Below the pieces are notes generated by a model, which did not search any database, was not told where the DNA came from, and was given only the letters and a program-made list of their open reading frames with translations. Both the position numbers and the translations under genes were made by a program. From assembly GCF_009914755.1 (NCBI RefSeq), contig NC_060926.1: a stretch of 64,000 nucleotides of DNA, one strand, 5' to 3'. Each line of letters opens with the position of its first letter. Within the stretch, counting starts at the first letter, position 1. Positions 1-12,304 of the stretch are shown here, piece by piece. This DNA is from the human T2T-CHM13v2.0 reference genome, Homo sapiens.

Positions 1-2177
1 GTTTAATGTTACTCTCACATTGCTTCTTGGAATATGTCTAAGTCATATAACTTTCACTATTGTCTGGTCTTCAAATTATTTGTATCTGTCTACACTGATG
101 CTTCATTGGCTCAGCCCAAAACCAATCCCACTTGAAGTTAGTTTCCTGTATGCAGGGTTAAAATTCAAAACAGTTAACACCCAGTATGGTGCAGGGCAGC
201 AACCAGTTAGAGAGGACCTTGACCCAACCACCTGAGCTGGGTTTGGCGACCACCCTGCTCTGCTTCCTGTTGTTCAGCTCTGGGGAGGTGGACAGGGGAA
301 AGGTCTCAATGGCTGATGAGTGACGGACATTCCTCAAGAAGCTCAAGACAGTAACTATTTACCAACAAATACTGACATCTTTTGATATCTAACAACCAAT
401 AAGGCTATACCAGTGCCTCCTTCCAAATATGCACCCTAAAAATATGGAAAATCAGAGAAATAAAAGACCCCAGCATGTAAGAAGCTGCCTAAAATTCTCA
501 TCATTAAAAGACAATTGTAAGGACAGAATTACGGGAGTCTTGAAATCTCTATCTAAATGCAAATTACCTGAGAGAGAAACCCCAGAAGGCATGATAAGAT
601 CTATTATCAAATTGAAACCTATTAGTTGAAGATGCAACCAAGGGACACTGTGACAAGCAGGGCAGAACCCTGGGAGACTAGGGGAAAGGCTGGCCTAGAA
701 GTTTGCGGAGCTGAAGGAAACAAGGAAGACTGGAGGATTCTGGGATAGCGCAGAGTTTAAGAGCACAGACAATATATTTGATATCACTCGCCTGACGCAC
801 ATACTCCTTCTTGCCAAAGGGTTTGTGAAGGTTGAGCTATCAAAACTCAGCCACAGTCCACAGGCTGATGGCATGTCTGGTTTGGGTTTTCCCCCATTAT
901 TCTGAGTAAAGATAAGTAAGCAAATTAATTCAATGCTGCCAAACTTTCTCTAACCCTTTTTAAAAGACATGTTGATCAACAGTTATTTAAAGGAAGGACT
1001 TTTAACAGCCAAAATCTCTTACAGAAATTTATATTTCCTTGTAAGCAATCCATCATGCCATCTGTTTTAAAGATGTTTAAAGAAGTGGCCCAACTGAACT
1101 CTTGTGAAATAACTACAAACAGATAGAAAAAAAAAGATGAATGGCCAATAGCCCAGCCTTTCAGAGCCATATAAATGAATCACTACTAACAAAAATTGGA
1201 CTAGATGGTTTCATAACTCACCTTCTGACTTGAACTTACTGCACATTCACACGGGGAACAGAAAAGTAAAAGGACCTCTGTAATTCAATAAAGCTTGTGA
1301 GCATTTTGATCTTTGCAAATATGTATCTGACAACCAAAATGATTTTATTGTAGAATCACTGAACAAGGTTTTGCATGCCAGTAGGACACTATGTAAGCTA
1401 ATTAAATTCCATCCTATTGGAAAATGTGTTCTCCATTGCCTTTCAATGCATTTGATTTTAACATTGTATTACAAATTATTTAATATTGATTATTTTTCTA
1501 ATGGAAGTATCAATCCTACTGTGTACGTGTCATTATTTTTCCCCAACTGAAAAATGTAAAATCTCAGAACTATATGTCACCTAACACCAATACATATGTG
1601 GATGTGAATATGGTCCCTCTCTTTAGAAGGCTCTGGAGGTATATGCATGTTGGGGGAATGAGATGTCAGAGCAACTACCAGAAAAAAATTAAGAAATCAA
1701 ACACAAAATCTTCTTTTAATACAGTTATAATGTGCTTTTTCTTCTATTTCAGTTCTATTTCAGTTTATTTCAGTTTATTTTCTCATGTCAATGACTTGTA
1801 AAAGGACCCAATTATATCATTTCAGAAAAAATGATTGCTGGTGAGTGGGGAAGAAAAGGTCAGAGAAGCCTAAGAATTAATATTCAAGAAGCAGAAAAAC
1901 AGTTTTTAAAAAGCAGCCGGGAATCTTCTGATCTTCTGATAATTCTGGACAGAACACACAGAAAAGCTGAATGCTGCAGAGATTTGGAGATCAGCACATG
2001 AGCAGCCAGCCATTGGAGACTGGACCATCACACTAAACAGATTTATTTGGAAGGCTGGATGATGGGGTGAAGAAGGTATATATAAAAAGACAAGAAGAAT
2101 CAGGCTTCTTGCACATACGCACTCCTAAATTCTGACGAAAGAAAAATGTTGACAAACCCATATAGTAAAGCTTGGCT

Positions 2178-2310
2178 TTTTGGGTTCAAATCCAGCTGAG
2201 AAAGTTACTTAAACTTCCTTCATATGTAAAATGGGACTAAGGAGAGGATCTACCTTTCAGGATTGTTGTAAGGATTAACAGAGTAAATATTTGTACGTGC
2301 TTATACATGA
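2178..2310 (+). mobile_element. MIR SINE fragment
   Basis: gggttcaaatcc...aagttacttaaac...tgtaaaatggg...acctttcaggattgttgtaaggattaa resembles the MIR core. Confidence 0.55.
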
Positions 2311-3142
2311 GCTATATAAATTTTATTAAATTTTATTAATTAATAAAATAGAGATTTGTATATGTAAATAGAGATCAATTAATTTCATGTGACCCATTCA
2401 CGTGAATACCTAGAACATTCCATAAGCCATATGCCTTCACTTAGCCCTGACTACAATTTAATATGGGAGTCCCAAAGATTGAAAGTTACAGTCTTCTGAA
2501 TCCCAACACACTCCCCCATCCATCCCTCTGACAATGGGGGAACAGCTATGCCTAACCTCCAACCCCTCAAGGTAACAGTTAAGCAGGAAGTGTGATTAAA
2601 TTAAGGTCCTGCCCGTACTTCCACGTGCTTATTTTCAGAATGGTTTAATTAAAGTTTCTGACATGAAGAGAGCTATTTCTGCTCATCTATTCAGCATTGG
2701 TTATGGAGACAGAAAAAAACTGAAATAGGCTGTTTCAGTCGATTTGTAACAGTATAGTTGTACAATCAAGCTGGAAGCGTACAAAGAAAGTTAGTCTATA
2801 TAATTTTTCCTCTTATAGAGGTATTCATTAGAGAACAAATTGAGGTCTCAGAAAGAATAATGTTCAGACAAACCAGAGGAGAATGTAGTAGTTTCAAAAT
2901 GTTCAGTGTGAACTCAGCATCCAAAATTTTAATAGTGCCCCTATTTTACTAGCAATTCATTCCAAAAAGCTACAGAATGGTCAAACTGAACTAATAACAC
3001 ATGATTCATTAATTACTACTTATTATTGCTGATATTATGCTTAAGTATTTCTATAGGCTGTAAACATAAATGCATTATTTTTAATAATTAAAATGGCAGA
3101 AACCAGGTAATTATCTGAAAATGATTTGGACGCTTCAGTTGT

Positions 3143-3237
3143 TATATCCTTACTGGGAAATGGATATATATCCTTACTGGGAAATGGATATATATCCTTA
3201 CTGGGAAATGGATATATATCCTTACTGGGAAATGGAT
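3143..3237. repeat. 24-bp tandem repeat, ~4 identical copies (TCCTTACTGGGAAATGGATATATA)
   Basis: unit starts at 3147, 3171, 3195, 3219; no mismatches. Confidence 0.95.
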
Positions 3238-3987
3238 GCCATAGATCAGAAAAAAAAAATGTCTAGGAACCATTCATGCTTGCTAAAAGGAGAGTAAATA
3301 TGCACTCCAGTTTTTCTCTCCATTCTTAGAGAATGCAGTCAGGTCACAGAGTTTGAACATCTCTTCCTGCAGCCTGAAGCCAGAGATGGCTACAGAAGTA
3401 TTTACTCAGTCTACAATGTGCCAATTCCATTTGTCAGCTGGCCTGAGCAGGTGAACGATGGCGGGACTTGTCAGTCACCTAGAGGGTAGCAGCTGCTCTA
3501 GGCTCTGAAGAGGCCCGAGGAGGGAAGGGCAGCCTCATGTTGTGTGCCAGGAAGCAGCGTCTTCCTGCCCCCATGGATCTGTATTCAGCCTCCACACACC
3601 TGGGCCAGGATATTGGGCACCATCCATTATGCTGGTGATCACAGAAGTCTCCAGCTTCCTGGGGTGCTAAGGTGAGGAATGCTTAATTGCACTGCAAAAT
3701 AGCTTTTGCAGGAGCAGATGTAGACTTTCACATTCTAGTGACTTTGGTGAGTGGGTAGGAAAAAGAGGGGAGAAGAGAAGGAACTGAAAAGGAGGAGGAA
3801 ATAGAGGGGCAGGAGAGCAAAGATACAAAGCCTACTAGAATTTTGTCTCCCTTTTCACCTGTCTCTATCACACACAAATGGTGTCTGGAAAACAAAGAAA
3901 TGGCCAGCATGCAGGGATGTGGTTGTCACTTGAACAAATGCTTTTTACCAGAATTCAGTCACAGAACAAAGATAGTATACACCTTTT

Positions 3988-4272
3988 AATATTTTACAGT
4001 TTTATTGCGGTATAACTGACATGCTGTAAAATGCACATATTTAAAGTGCACAGTTTGATAAGTTATATATATATATATATAGACACAAACCATGAAACCA
4101 TGCCGACAATCAAGATATGAGCATATCCATCACTGCCACAAGTGTCCTCAGGCCCCACTGTAATCCCCCGTTCCCTCCCTGCCCCCTTTTCAGGCAAATA
4201 TGATCTGCTCCAGTCACTAGAGATTAACTTACACTTACTAGAATTTCACATAAATGGAATTGTATACACTCT
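3988..4272 (-). mobile_element. Old L1 (L1MB/L1MD-type) 3' end fragment with (TA)n
   Basis: acagttttattgcggtataactgac...aaatgcacatatttaaagtgcacagtttgataag...ctagaatttcacataaatggaat is typical of antisense L1M 3' ends. Confidence 0.65.
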
Positions 4273-6207
4273 TTGTTTGTGTGGCTTCGAAGGTGGCATA
4301 TACTTCTTAAATCAAGCTATCACATCTACTCTCTCTCTTGCCCCGTCATACTCTCTTCATCTTTCTCTCTTTTTTAACCTTTAAAGAGTTGTGAATTTTA
4401 ACATTCACCATCCAATAGAAAAGGTATTTTTGACCCATTCACACATACCAGAACTTCACATAGACCATGTGTTATAATTGATTTGATGTCCTGATAAGGC
4501 AAATCTAAATGTGTCACCTGTCTGAAACAGCTTGAAGACCTCCTTCTCACAGAGGAATCATAGTGGTTCCTGGTCAGAACAGCAGAGTATGCTATCTTAG
4601 GCGATGAATGAAAGGGGCTATCCCATGCTGGAAACCACCTATTTAAAATACCTATCTCAATCCATCTTGGAAAAATTTTAAACATGGTGCCTGTGATTTT
4701 ACCATTAGAGCTTCATTTCTTTGGACCTTAGAAGATCCCATTTACTAAAAATGCACATAGATTTTGAGATCACTGTGCCTTGAACTTTTCAGTCAGTTAA
4801 ACCTCAATGAGACAATCATGAAAAGACAAATGGAAAGAAAGCACAGGCAAGAGGTAAGGAGACTCTGTTAAAGGAAGTTAGAGAACTACTGCCTAGCCTG
4901 GTTCCACAGCTGGCTCTAGCAGCCATCTTTGAAATCCGATGCTAGCATTTGAATTTGCTAATTGGGATTGTTCTACAGCTGGCTGGCCCAGGCGAGTAAG
5001 CCTGAACCCTGATCCCCACATGAAATACCACTGGATGTCAGAAATATCTGTTGCAACTTTCAGTTCTTCTACAGCAATAAAGTCACCTCAACTGAATTGA
5101 TCATAACTTTAGAGAAGGAAAGTAACCCAACTCTGAAGAAAATATTTATCATGAAACCTAAATGAAAGAATCCCAACAAGTGTATCTAATTCAGGGGAAC
5201 ACCATGCAGACACAGAAATTCTTGCCACCACCAGAACCAATGCGTTGAACGTTGCTGTTTTGACTCTTAAAAAGTCATTATTCAGAAAAATCACCATACT
5301 CCCAAAGACAAACATCCATGCCAAAATAAGGTGGGTGAAAGAAAAATCAAATTAGAAAGGATGGAGAGAGGAGATATAAGAGGACAGCTTTGTAGCCTCA
5401 GAAAGGAGAGCAGCAGGATGGCCTCGGGTGAGTTGTGTTCCATCTCAGGATGTCAGTTTCCACCTCTGTGGAACGACAGCATCAGACTACAAAGCCCTTC
5501 CTTCCTTTGAAGTTCTAATACTCAGCAAGGCACAAGGAGAGGCAGGAAAGGGGAAAGAAACGAGGATGATAGCATCAAAAAGATTCCAACTGACCACTAC
5601 ATATTTGTGTCCTCTTTTATTTTTATTAAAAATCCCTAAGGACCTAATCAAGCCCAAAGCAGAGGACAGCCAGATTAAAAAGCATAAGTGGGGCCTCAAT
5701 CCAAATAAGTCACAGACAAGTCATTCTGGACCCAGACTCTTAGCCATCCACCAAGAAATTTAAGAAAATAGCTTCAAGAGCAGAGCTGCTTTTAAACCCG
5801 CACCTCCACTCCAAACAGCCAAGACTCCATCTGATCCTTCCCTTTGCAGCGAGGGATTGCAGCTGTAAACCTGCCAGCACTCTGGCATTGCTGGCATTTA
5901 GACTGCAAGGTCACTGGCCTGTTAAACACATTCTGCAGTCTCAGTGAAAACAAGGCAAACCATAGGAGTCGGTGTGTCACAGAAGCACCTGGGGTTGGAC
6001 GCCAGGGTCATGCTCTCTCTAACACCCTGACACTTTGCTGCTGGCAGTTAAAAACAGCGATGTTTTATGGGTTGGAGAATTTTCTTTACTTTTATTCTTA
6101 ATTTTTAAGCCATAAAATTGACTATCCTTACAAGAATTTTTAGAATGAAAATAAACATAGCTAAAATGGGTAAAGAGGTGATAAGGGAATATCTTAGCTG
6201 CTCAAAA

Positions 6208-6352
6208 GCAATGGTTTTCAACCTTTAGTGCACTTCAAGATCATTTAGAGGGCTTGTTGGACCCCCACCCTCAGAGCATCGAATTCAGTAGGACTGGGGT
6301 GGGGCCCAAGAATTTCCAAACTGATGCTGCTGGTCTTTGAGAATGAGTGTTC
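6208..6352. mobile_element. MER5A (hAT-Charlie) DNA transposon
   Basis: gcaatggttttcaacc...gaattcagtaggactggggtggggcccaagaattt...tttgagaatgagtg. Confidence 0.7.
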
Positions 6353-6409
6353 TGAAAAACTTATTTTCTTTGGCTTGGATAAATCAGATCCTAGAAGCAC
6401 CACCACCAA

Positions 6410-6572
6410 TAATAATAGTTAACATGTATTGAGGGCTTACTACATGGTAGACACTAAATGCTAAATGATTTACTTATATGAATCTTCTTTAAATCCTTAC
6501 ACCAGCGCTTTGATGTATTGTTTGTTATTATTCATATTTTACAAGTGAGGAAACTGAGGCAGTAGGAGATTA
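6410..6572 (-). mobile_element. MIR SINE
   Basis: aataatagttaacatgtattgagggcttac...attttacaagtgaggaaactgaggc. Confidence 0.7.
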
Positions 6573-7182
6573 TGAAGAGAATGGCAGATAAGACTGCCAA
6601 CTCCCATATGATCTATGAGGAAACTGTGGGAGCAGGTATGGTAACAAATGGTTGTGTACGTGGGATCTGAAAACGACAACTGACCGAGCAGAAGGTGAAA
6701 GACACAATGGAAAATAGCATTTCATGAGGAAAATGCTTGGGTTTTCACAGGCAATGAACTCAATAGATTCAACACCACAGCATGGCTACCCAAAAAGCCA
6801 TAATGATCTCTAACTCCATTCTCAGTATCTAGGACAGGAATTTCAAAGTCTATAGCCTGCAGAGGCCACATAGGCGACATTGCTGTTACTGCAGCTACTG
6901 CTGTTGGTTTTAATAATATTATCATCATAATCAGACAACTTCCCATGTAGCCCTCTTAAGGTTTTGGTTTTGTTTTATTTTTATTTTTACTTTTATTTCT
7001 CTTCTCTCACACTCCATGTACTTCAGAGCCTAGAGTTAAGTACATGGACCAGAGTAATGCTAGTGACTTAGTACAATAGAAGTTACTTTCTTGGTCATGT
7101 GGGGCCAACCTGGTGGTAAAGAGTAACAGATATTCAGGGATCCAAGATCCTTTCATTTAGCAACTCGTCAACCCCCTGGGCC

Positions 7183-7617
7183 TGTCATGCCAGACCCCTA
7201 TTAACTTCAATAGGGGTGGCATCAGGTTCAAGAGGCTGGAGAAGAGACTCAGAGCCAGCAAACGAGACAGAGTTTATTAAGTGAAACTTACATACAGAGC
7301 AGTCCAGTCATAGCACGCTGGGCAGAAAAATCTTCACCTCTTGCAAAAACCATGAAGGTTATATAGCATTTTCACTTAGCACCCTTCCCTAAAAACGTCC
7401 ACCTGGCAAACATCATGTAACCCAAAACAAAGGGCCTTAATCCTCTATAGATACACCAGGGCTTCAGATGTTCCTCATAGATGGGGAATGAGTCTCCAAG
7501 TTGGCCACTCCCAGATTCCTTAGCCCAGAACTCTGAATACACAAACAGATGCATATACAGACAGGATCATTCTCAGGGTATGCTTAAGTTATTGCTATCA
7601 GGAGCATCCACCATACA
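7183..7617 (-). mobile_element. 3' LTR of ERVL-class provirus (LTR47-like)
   Basis: TG...CA termini; homologous to 9155-9582 and 58014-58507; PPT-like ctggagtggac adjoins on minus strand; TSD gggcc (7178-7182)/gagcc (9583-9587). Confidence 0.75.
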
Positions 7618-9150
7618 GTCCACTCCAGCATACCTTTGAACAGCCCTCACATTCTTATCACACCAATTCTTCCACGACGTCCCTGGGGCTAGGTATGCGG
7701 AGGAGTATTCCGGCCAAACGCCACAACAGCAATACAATCAAGTACGGAAGTGGCCCCAGGCACTCAAGTTAGCTGCTTGGATGCACCACAGCAGGCCTGC
7801 AGTGGAGCAGAGGGGCAACCCTCCACAGGCCCAACAGAGTGCTTTGTTATGCCCTCGTCTGCACCAAGTCAGCAAAGAGCTTTGCTGCACACTACCTAAG
7901 GGCGGAGGATGAGATGGTCAGTGGTATATTAGTCCGTTTTCACGCTGCTAATAAAGACATAACCCGAGACTGGGCAATTTACAAAAGAAAGAGGTTTAAT
8001 TGGACTTAAGTTCCACATGGCTGGGGAGGCCTCATAATCATGGCGGAAGGCAAGAAGGAGCAAGTGCCTACTCCTCTTACATGGAATGGAAGCAGGCAAA
8101 GAGAGCTTGTGCAGAGAAATTCCATTTTTTAAAATAATCAGATCTCACGAGACCCATTCGCTATCACAAGAACAGCAAGGGAAAGACCTGCCCCCCATGA
8201 TTTAGTCATCTCCCACCAGGTCCCTCCCACAACATGTGGGAATTATGGGAGCTACAAGATGAGATTTGGGTGGGGACACAGAGCCAAACCATATCAAGTG
8301 GGTACAAGAAAGGGCAAGTCATGACCATTTAACAGGACACAAGAAGTTGTGTCATTCTGAGAGTACACCACACCTGGCAGCAGCCTGGTACCTGGTTTAC
8401 AATACCAAATGGATTGGCCCCCTCTGTGATGCACTGCAGGAGGCTAGAGTAAGACAATGGAGGTATTACAGTGTTCTATAATGAGAGGATGTTTGTCCCC
8501 TTACGAAAAGGAAGACTGGCAATCATTATTTTAGAAATACAAAGGGGAGTAGGACGTAAAATAGGCATAACCTGTACATCCTGTTCTAGGCCCTTCCCCC
8601 TTGGAGCAGATAAATAGAACCATCAGATGCTGATTTGCCACTTCCAGGCCCATGTAATGATGTACTCCCCAGTGGGTAAATCCTGTGGCAAGGACAATAG
8701 AGATTACCCTGAGTCCCAGGTTGGGGCAAAGGCATAGTGTCCCTTACACTATCTACCTGGATCCTGATGGTGCTATCAGGTCCTGTATCAGGAGAGAACA
8801 TGCGCTGGGGTGATGAGAATGTTCACGTTCATTCAGCCTGCATTTGGCTGTTGCTAAGTGCTGTGTCCACAGAGCCAGACAGTGCATCCCTTACTGGAGT
8901 TGTTGCTTCAACAGTCCATTCATCCATTTAGTCAACCCTGCTGGTGTAGGGTTGTAGGGCAGGTGGAAATACTAGTGGTTATCCAGGATCTCCAGCAAAG
9001 TGTGAGCACTGGTCACTGTTAATATTAATAGGGATCCCATAGGCTGCACACAATGCTCTAGTCCCTGTTTGGTGGTTTTCTGGGTGGCATGCTTGCTGGC
9101 ATACGCCTGCAATAGCAGGTGTCCACACAAGTCAAGGCAAAGTAGCCACC
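7618..9150 (-). pseudogene. Degenerate ERVL internal region: integrase core and dUTPase-like remnants
   Basis: minus-strand translation gives ALTCVDT, AYGIPININSDQCSHF and FHLPYNPTPAGLTKWMNGLLKQQL (retroviral integrase DDE-region motifs) with frameshifts/stops, then LSAPRGKGLEQDVQV (dUTPase-like). Confidence 0.75.
7925..8296 (-). mobile_element. THE1A/B MaLR solo LTR inside the ERVL internal region
   Basis: tatattagtccgttttcacgctgc...gagccaaaccatatca; perfect 5-bp TSD agtgg (7920-7924, 8297-8301). Confidence 0.9.
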
Positions 9151-9154
9151 ATCA

Positions 9155-9582
9155 GATAGAGGCACCAGGTTCAAGATGCTGAAGAGACCCAAAGCCAGCA
9201 AATGAGACATAGGGTCTATTGAGGGGAACTTAACATTCAGAGAGGTCCAGTGGTGGCAGAATGGGCAGGAGAACCGCCACCACCTGCAAAAAGCATGCAG
9301 TTTATATAGCATTTTCACTTATCACTATCCCCCTAACAACATCCACCTGGCAACCTTCATCTAATCCAAAGCAAAGGGCCTTGATCCCCTGTACAGCCTG
9401 TGTTTTACAGGATGGAAGAAGGTTCAGATGTTCCTCATAGATAAAGAATAAATCTCTGGATTGGCCACTCCCAGATTCCTTTGCTCAAAACTCTAAACAC
9501 ACATGCAGGTGTGTCTGCCCTACAGGGTCATTCTCATGGTAATCCTTAAGTAGTTACTGCTATCAAGTGCATCTCCCATATA
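9155..9582 (-). mobile_element. 5' LTR of the same provirus (LTR47-like), U5 end truncated by internal deletion
   Basis: aligns to 7183-7617 but lacks its first ~30 nt and is fused directly to integrase sequence. Confidence 0.75.
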
Positions 9583-10551
9583 GAGCCTGGAAGTCCTCCA
9601 GTGATCCTCTGCATCCATCCAGCAGACAAGAGAAGAGAAAGAATGGAGCATTTCCCATAAATGGTTTTTAAGGGGCAGGCCTGAAATTGCTGGGCATCAC
9701 TGCCATCCCCATTCTACTGTCTAGACCATATCACATGACCACACTTAACATGATGATGTAGTCTGTGTGCCCAGGAAGAAGCAGCAATGGTATTGTTTCG
9801 TATCTGGACTGTGTTTGCCACAGGACGTGGCTTTCCAAATCATTCGTCATCCTTCTTCCTTCAAAAATCCCAACACACTTGAAGATCCAAACTTCAGATT
9901 TTCTTAATACCCCTACAGACCTCCCAGGACCTCCCCCTTCATCCACCAATAGATTTAGCACCTAGTTTACTGTTTTTCCTCTTTAATTCTACACTGGGTC
10001 ACAACCTTGATGACTTTGATATCTACCTGGATGAGCAATTCAGCATCTTGGCCTCTGTGCTGTTTGACCTCCTCATCTCTGGCAAGCTCTTTTCTCCATT
10101 TCACCTCTACCCCCAACTTTATAACAATACCTAAACCACTTCCAAAAATTTCAGCATTCTACTTGCTGACCACCATAATTTATCCATTTGGCACACTCGA
10201 ACTATTATTTCCATTTCAAGATTTTTTTGACTTCATCAAAACCACCAATGCATTGGCCCCAACAATGTTTGCCACCTGCCTCCCGCTCATGTCCTCTCTC
10301 TTTTGCTCACCTAGCTAAGGGTCTGAATAATCACTGCCTTAAAAACACCACTAATTACCTAACCCCCATCCGTTATATGCCATCCATTTTACTCCCTTGT
10401 GAAAACTCCAAATCAAATTCAACTTTGCCAGCTGCCTATGCCATGCTTATACTTAAACAGCTGAACATTGTTTCTCACCAATATTCCAGCACAACATCCT
10501 CTGGGAAAATAGTTGAGTTATATTTCCCACCCCTCTGAAATTAGGCTAAAG

Positions 10552-10769
10552 CAGGAGTTGGCAAACTATGGCCCAAAAGACTAATACAGCTTGGTTCCAA
10601 TTTGTGTAAAGTTTTATTGGAAAACAACCCCCTTATTAGTTAACAAATCATCTATGGCTGCTTTCATGCTAGAACAGCAGAGTGAAAGTGGTGACCGGGC
10701 CTGTATGTCCCACAAAGTATAAAATATTTACTCCACAGCCCGTAATAGGAAAAAGTTTACCAATGCCTC
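10552..10769. mobile_element. MER58A DNA transposon
   Basis: caggagttggcaaactatggccc...aaaatatttact...aaaaagtttacc. Confidence 0.75.
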
Positions 10770-11044
10770 AAACTATCATGCTCAGTGTCACCTAAGTTTT
10801 AATGGCCATAAAAAGTGTCATGCATTTCATTAAAGGGTGGTGATCGTTAAATGCTCGATTTAAAGTTATAATCTTCAATTGTCTGCAAAAATAATTGATA
10901 AGTTATTTAAATAATTGTGGCCCATGATATCACAAAATAATTCGACGGCTATCATCTGAATGTTTGTGTCCCCCCAATATTTATATGTTGAAATCCTAAC
11001 CCTCAAGGTGATGGATGGTATTAGGAGAGGGTGTCTTTGGGTGG

Positions 11045-11871
11045 TGCTATGATCTGAATGTTTGTCCCCTCTGAAACTCATGTTGAAATTTAATCTCTGC
11101 TATGATTTGAATATGATTTGTTTGTCCCCACAAAAACTCATGTCAAAATTTGATCTCCAATCTAGCATGTTGGGTGGTATTTCAGTGATGTTGAGGAATC
11201 CCTCATGCGTGGCTTGGTGCCATTGTCACAATAGTGATTCTTGCCCTGGTGAGACTGAAATAATTATCTTGGGAATAAACTAGCTCTCTCAAGAGTGGAT
11301 TGTTATAAAGCAATGGCATCCCTCAGGTTTTGTCTCTTCACACACGTCTGCTTCCCCTTTGGCTTTCCACCATGATGTGAGGCAGCACAAAAGCCCTCAC
11401 CAGAAGCCAAGCAGGTGCCACCACCATGCTTTTTGTACTTCCCAGCCCACAGAACTGTGAACTAGATAAACCCCTTTTCTGTACAAATTACCCAGTCTCA
11501 GGTATTCTGTTATGGCAACACCAATCAGACTGAGACAATCCCCAATATAGCAGTGTTAAGAGATGGGGACTTTAAGAGGTGATTGGGCAGTCATTAAGGC
11601 AGAGTCATTCATGGATTAATGAGTATCACAAAAGTGAGCTAGTTATCACAAAAATGTGTCTGTTATAAAAGCCAGTTTGGTCCCCTCTCATGAGCTCTCT
11701 CACCACGTGATGCCCTCCACCATGTTTTGATGCAGTAAGAAGGCCCTCATCAGATGAGCTGCTTGACCGTGAACTTCCCAGCCACCAGAACTGTAAGAAA
11801 TACATTTCTTTTATTTAAAAATTACTTAATCTCAGGCATTCAGTTATAGAAACAGAAAATAGACTAAGAAA
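11045..11871 (+). mobile_element. MST-type MaLR LTR nested in MLT1A (pieces 11045-11097 and 11538-11871)
   Basis: tgctatgatctgaatg start, agactaagaaa end; interrupted by another MST. Confidence 0.7.
11098..11537 (+). mobile_element. MST-type MaLR LTR, innermost nested copy
   Basis: tgctatgatttgaatatg...cagactgagaca; TSD atctc/atccc. Confidence 0.75.
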
Positions 11872-11948
11872 GAGGGTGATTAGATCATGAGGGCACAGCA
11901 ATCATGAGTAGAACTAGCGCCCTTATTAAAGAAGTTCCAGAAAGCTCC

Positions 11949-12304
11949 TATATTAGTCTGTTTTCACATTGCTATAAAGAGCTGCCTGAGACTGGGTAAT
12001 CTACAAAGAAAATAGGTTTAATTGACTCACAGTTCTGCATAGCTAGGGAGGCCTCAGGAAACTTACAATCATGGCAGAAGGCACCTCTTCACAGGGCAGC
12101 AGGAGAGAGAAGAAGTGAGCAAGAGAGGAACTACCAAACACTTATAAAACCATCAGATCTCATGAGAACTCACTATCATGAGAACAGCTTGGGGAGGAAA
12201 CTGTCCCCATGATCCAATTGCCCTCCACCAGTTCTCTCCCTCAACACCTGGGGATTATAATTCAAGATGAGATTTGAGTGGGGACACAAAGCCTAACCAT
12301 ATCA
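11949..12304 (-). mobile_element. THE1C/D LTR inserted in MLT1A
   Basis: tatattagtctgttttcac...cctaaccatatca; perfect TSD gctcc (11944-11948, 12305-12309). Confidence 0.9.

Larger units (their letters stand above)
7045..9823 (-). mobile_element. Old MaLR LTR (MLT1J/K-like), split by the ERVL provirus (pieces ~7045-7182 and 9588-9823)
   Basis: gtgacttagtacaatagaagttactttc...attcagggatccaag resumes after the provirus with caggcctgaaattgctgggcatcac...gtgtgcccaggaagaag...tgccaca. Confidence 0.55.
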
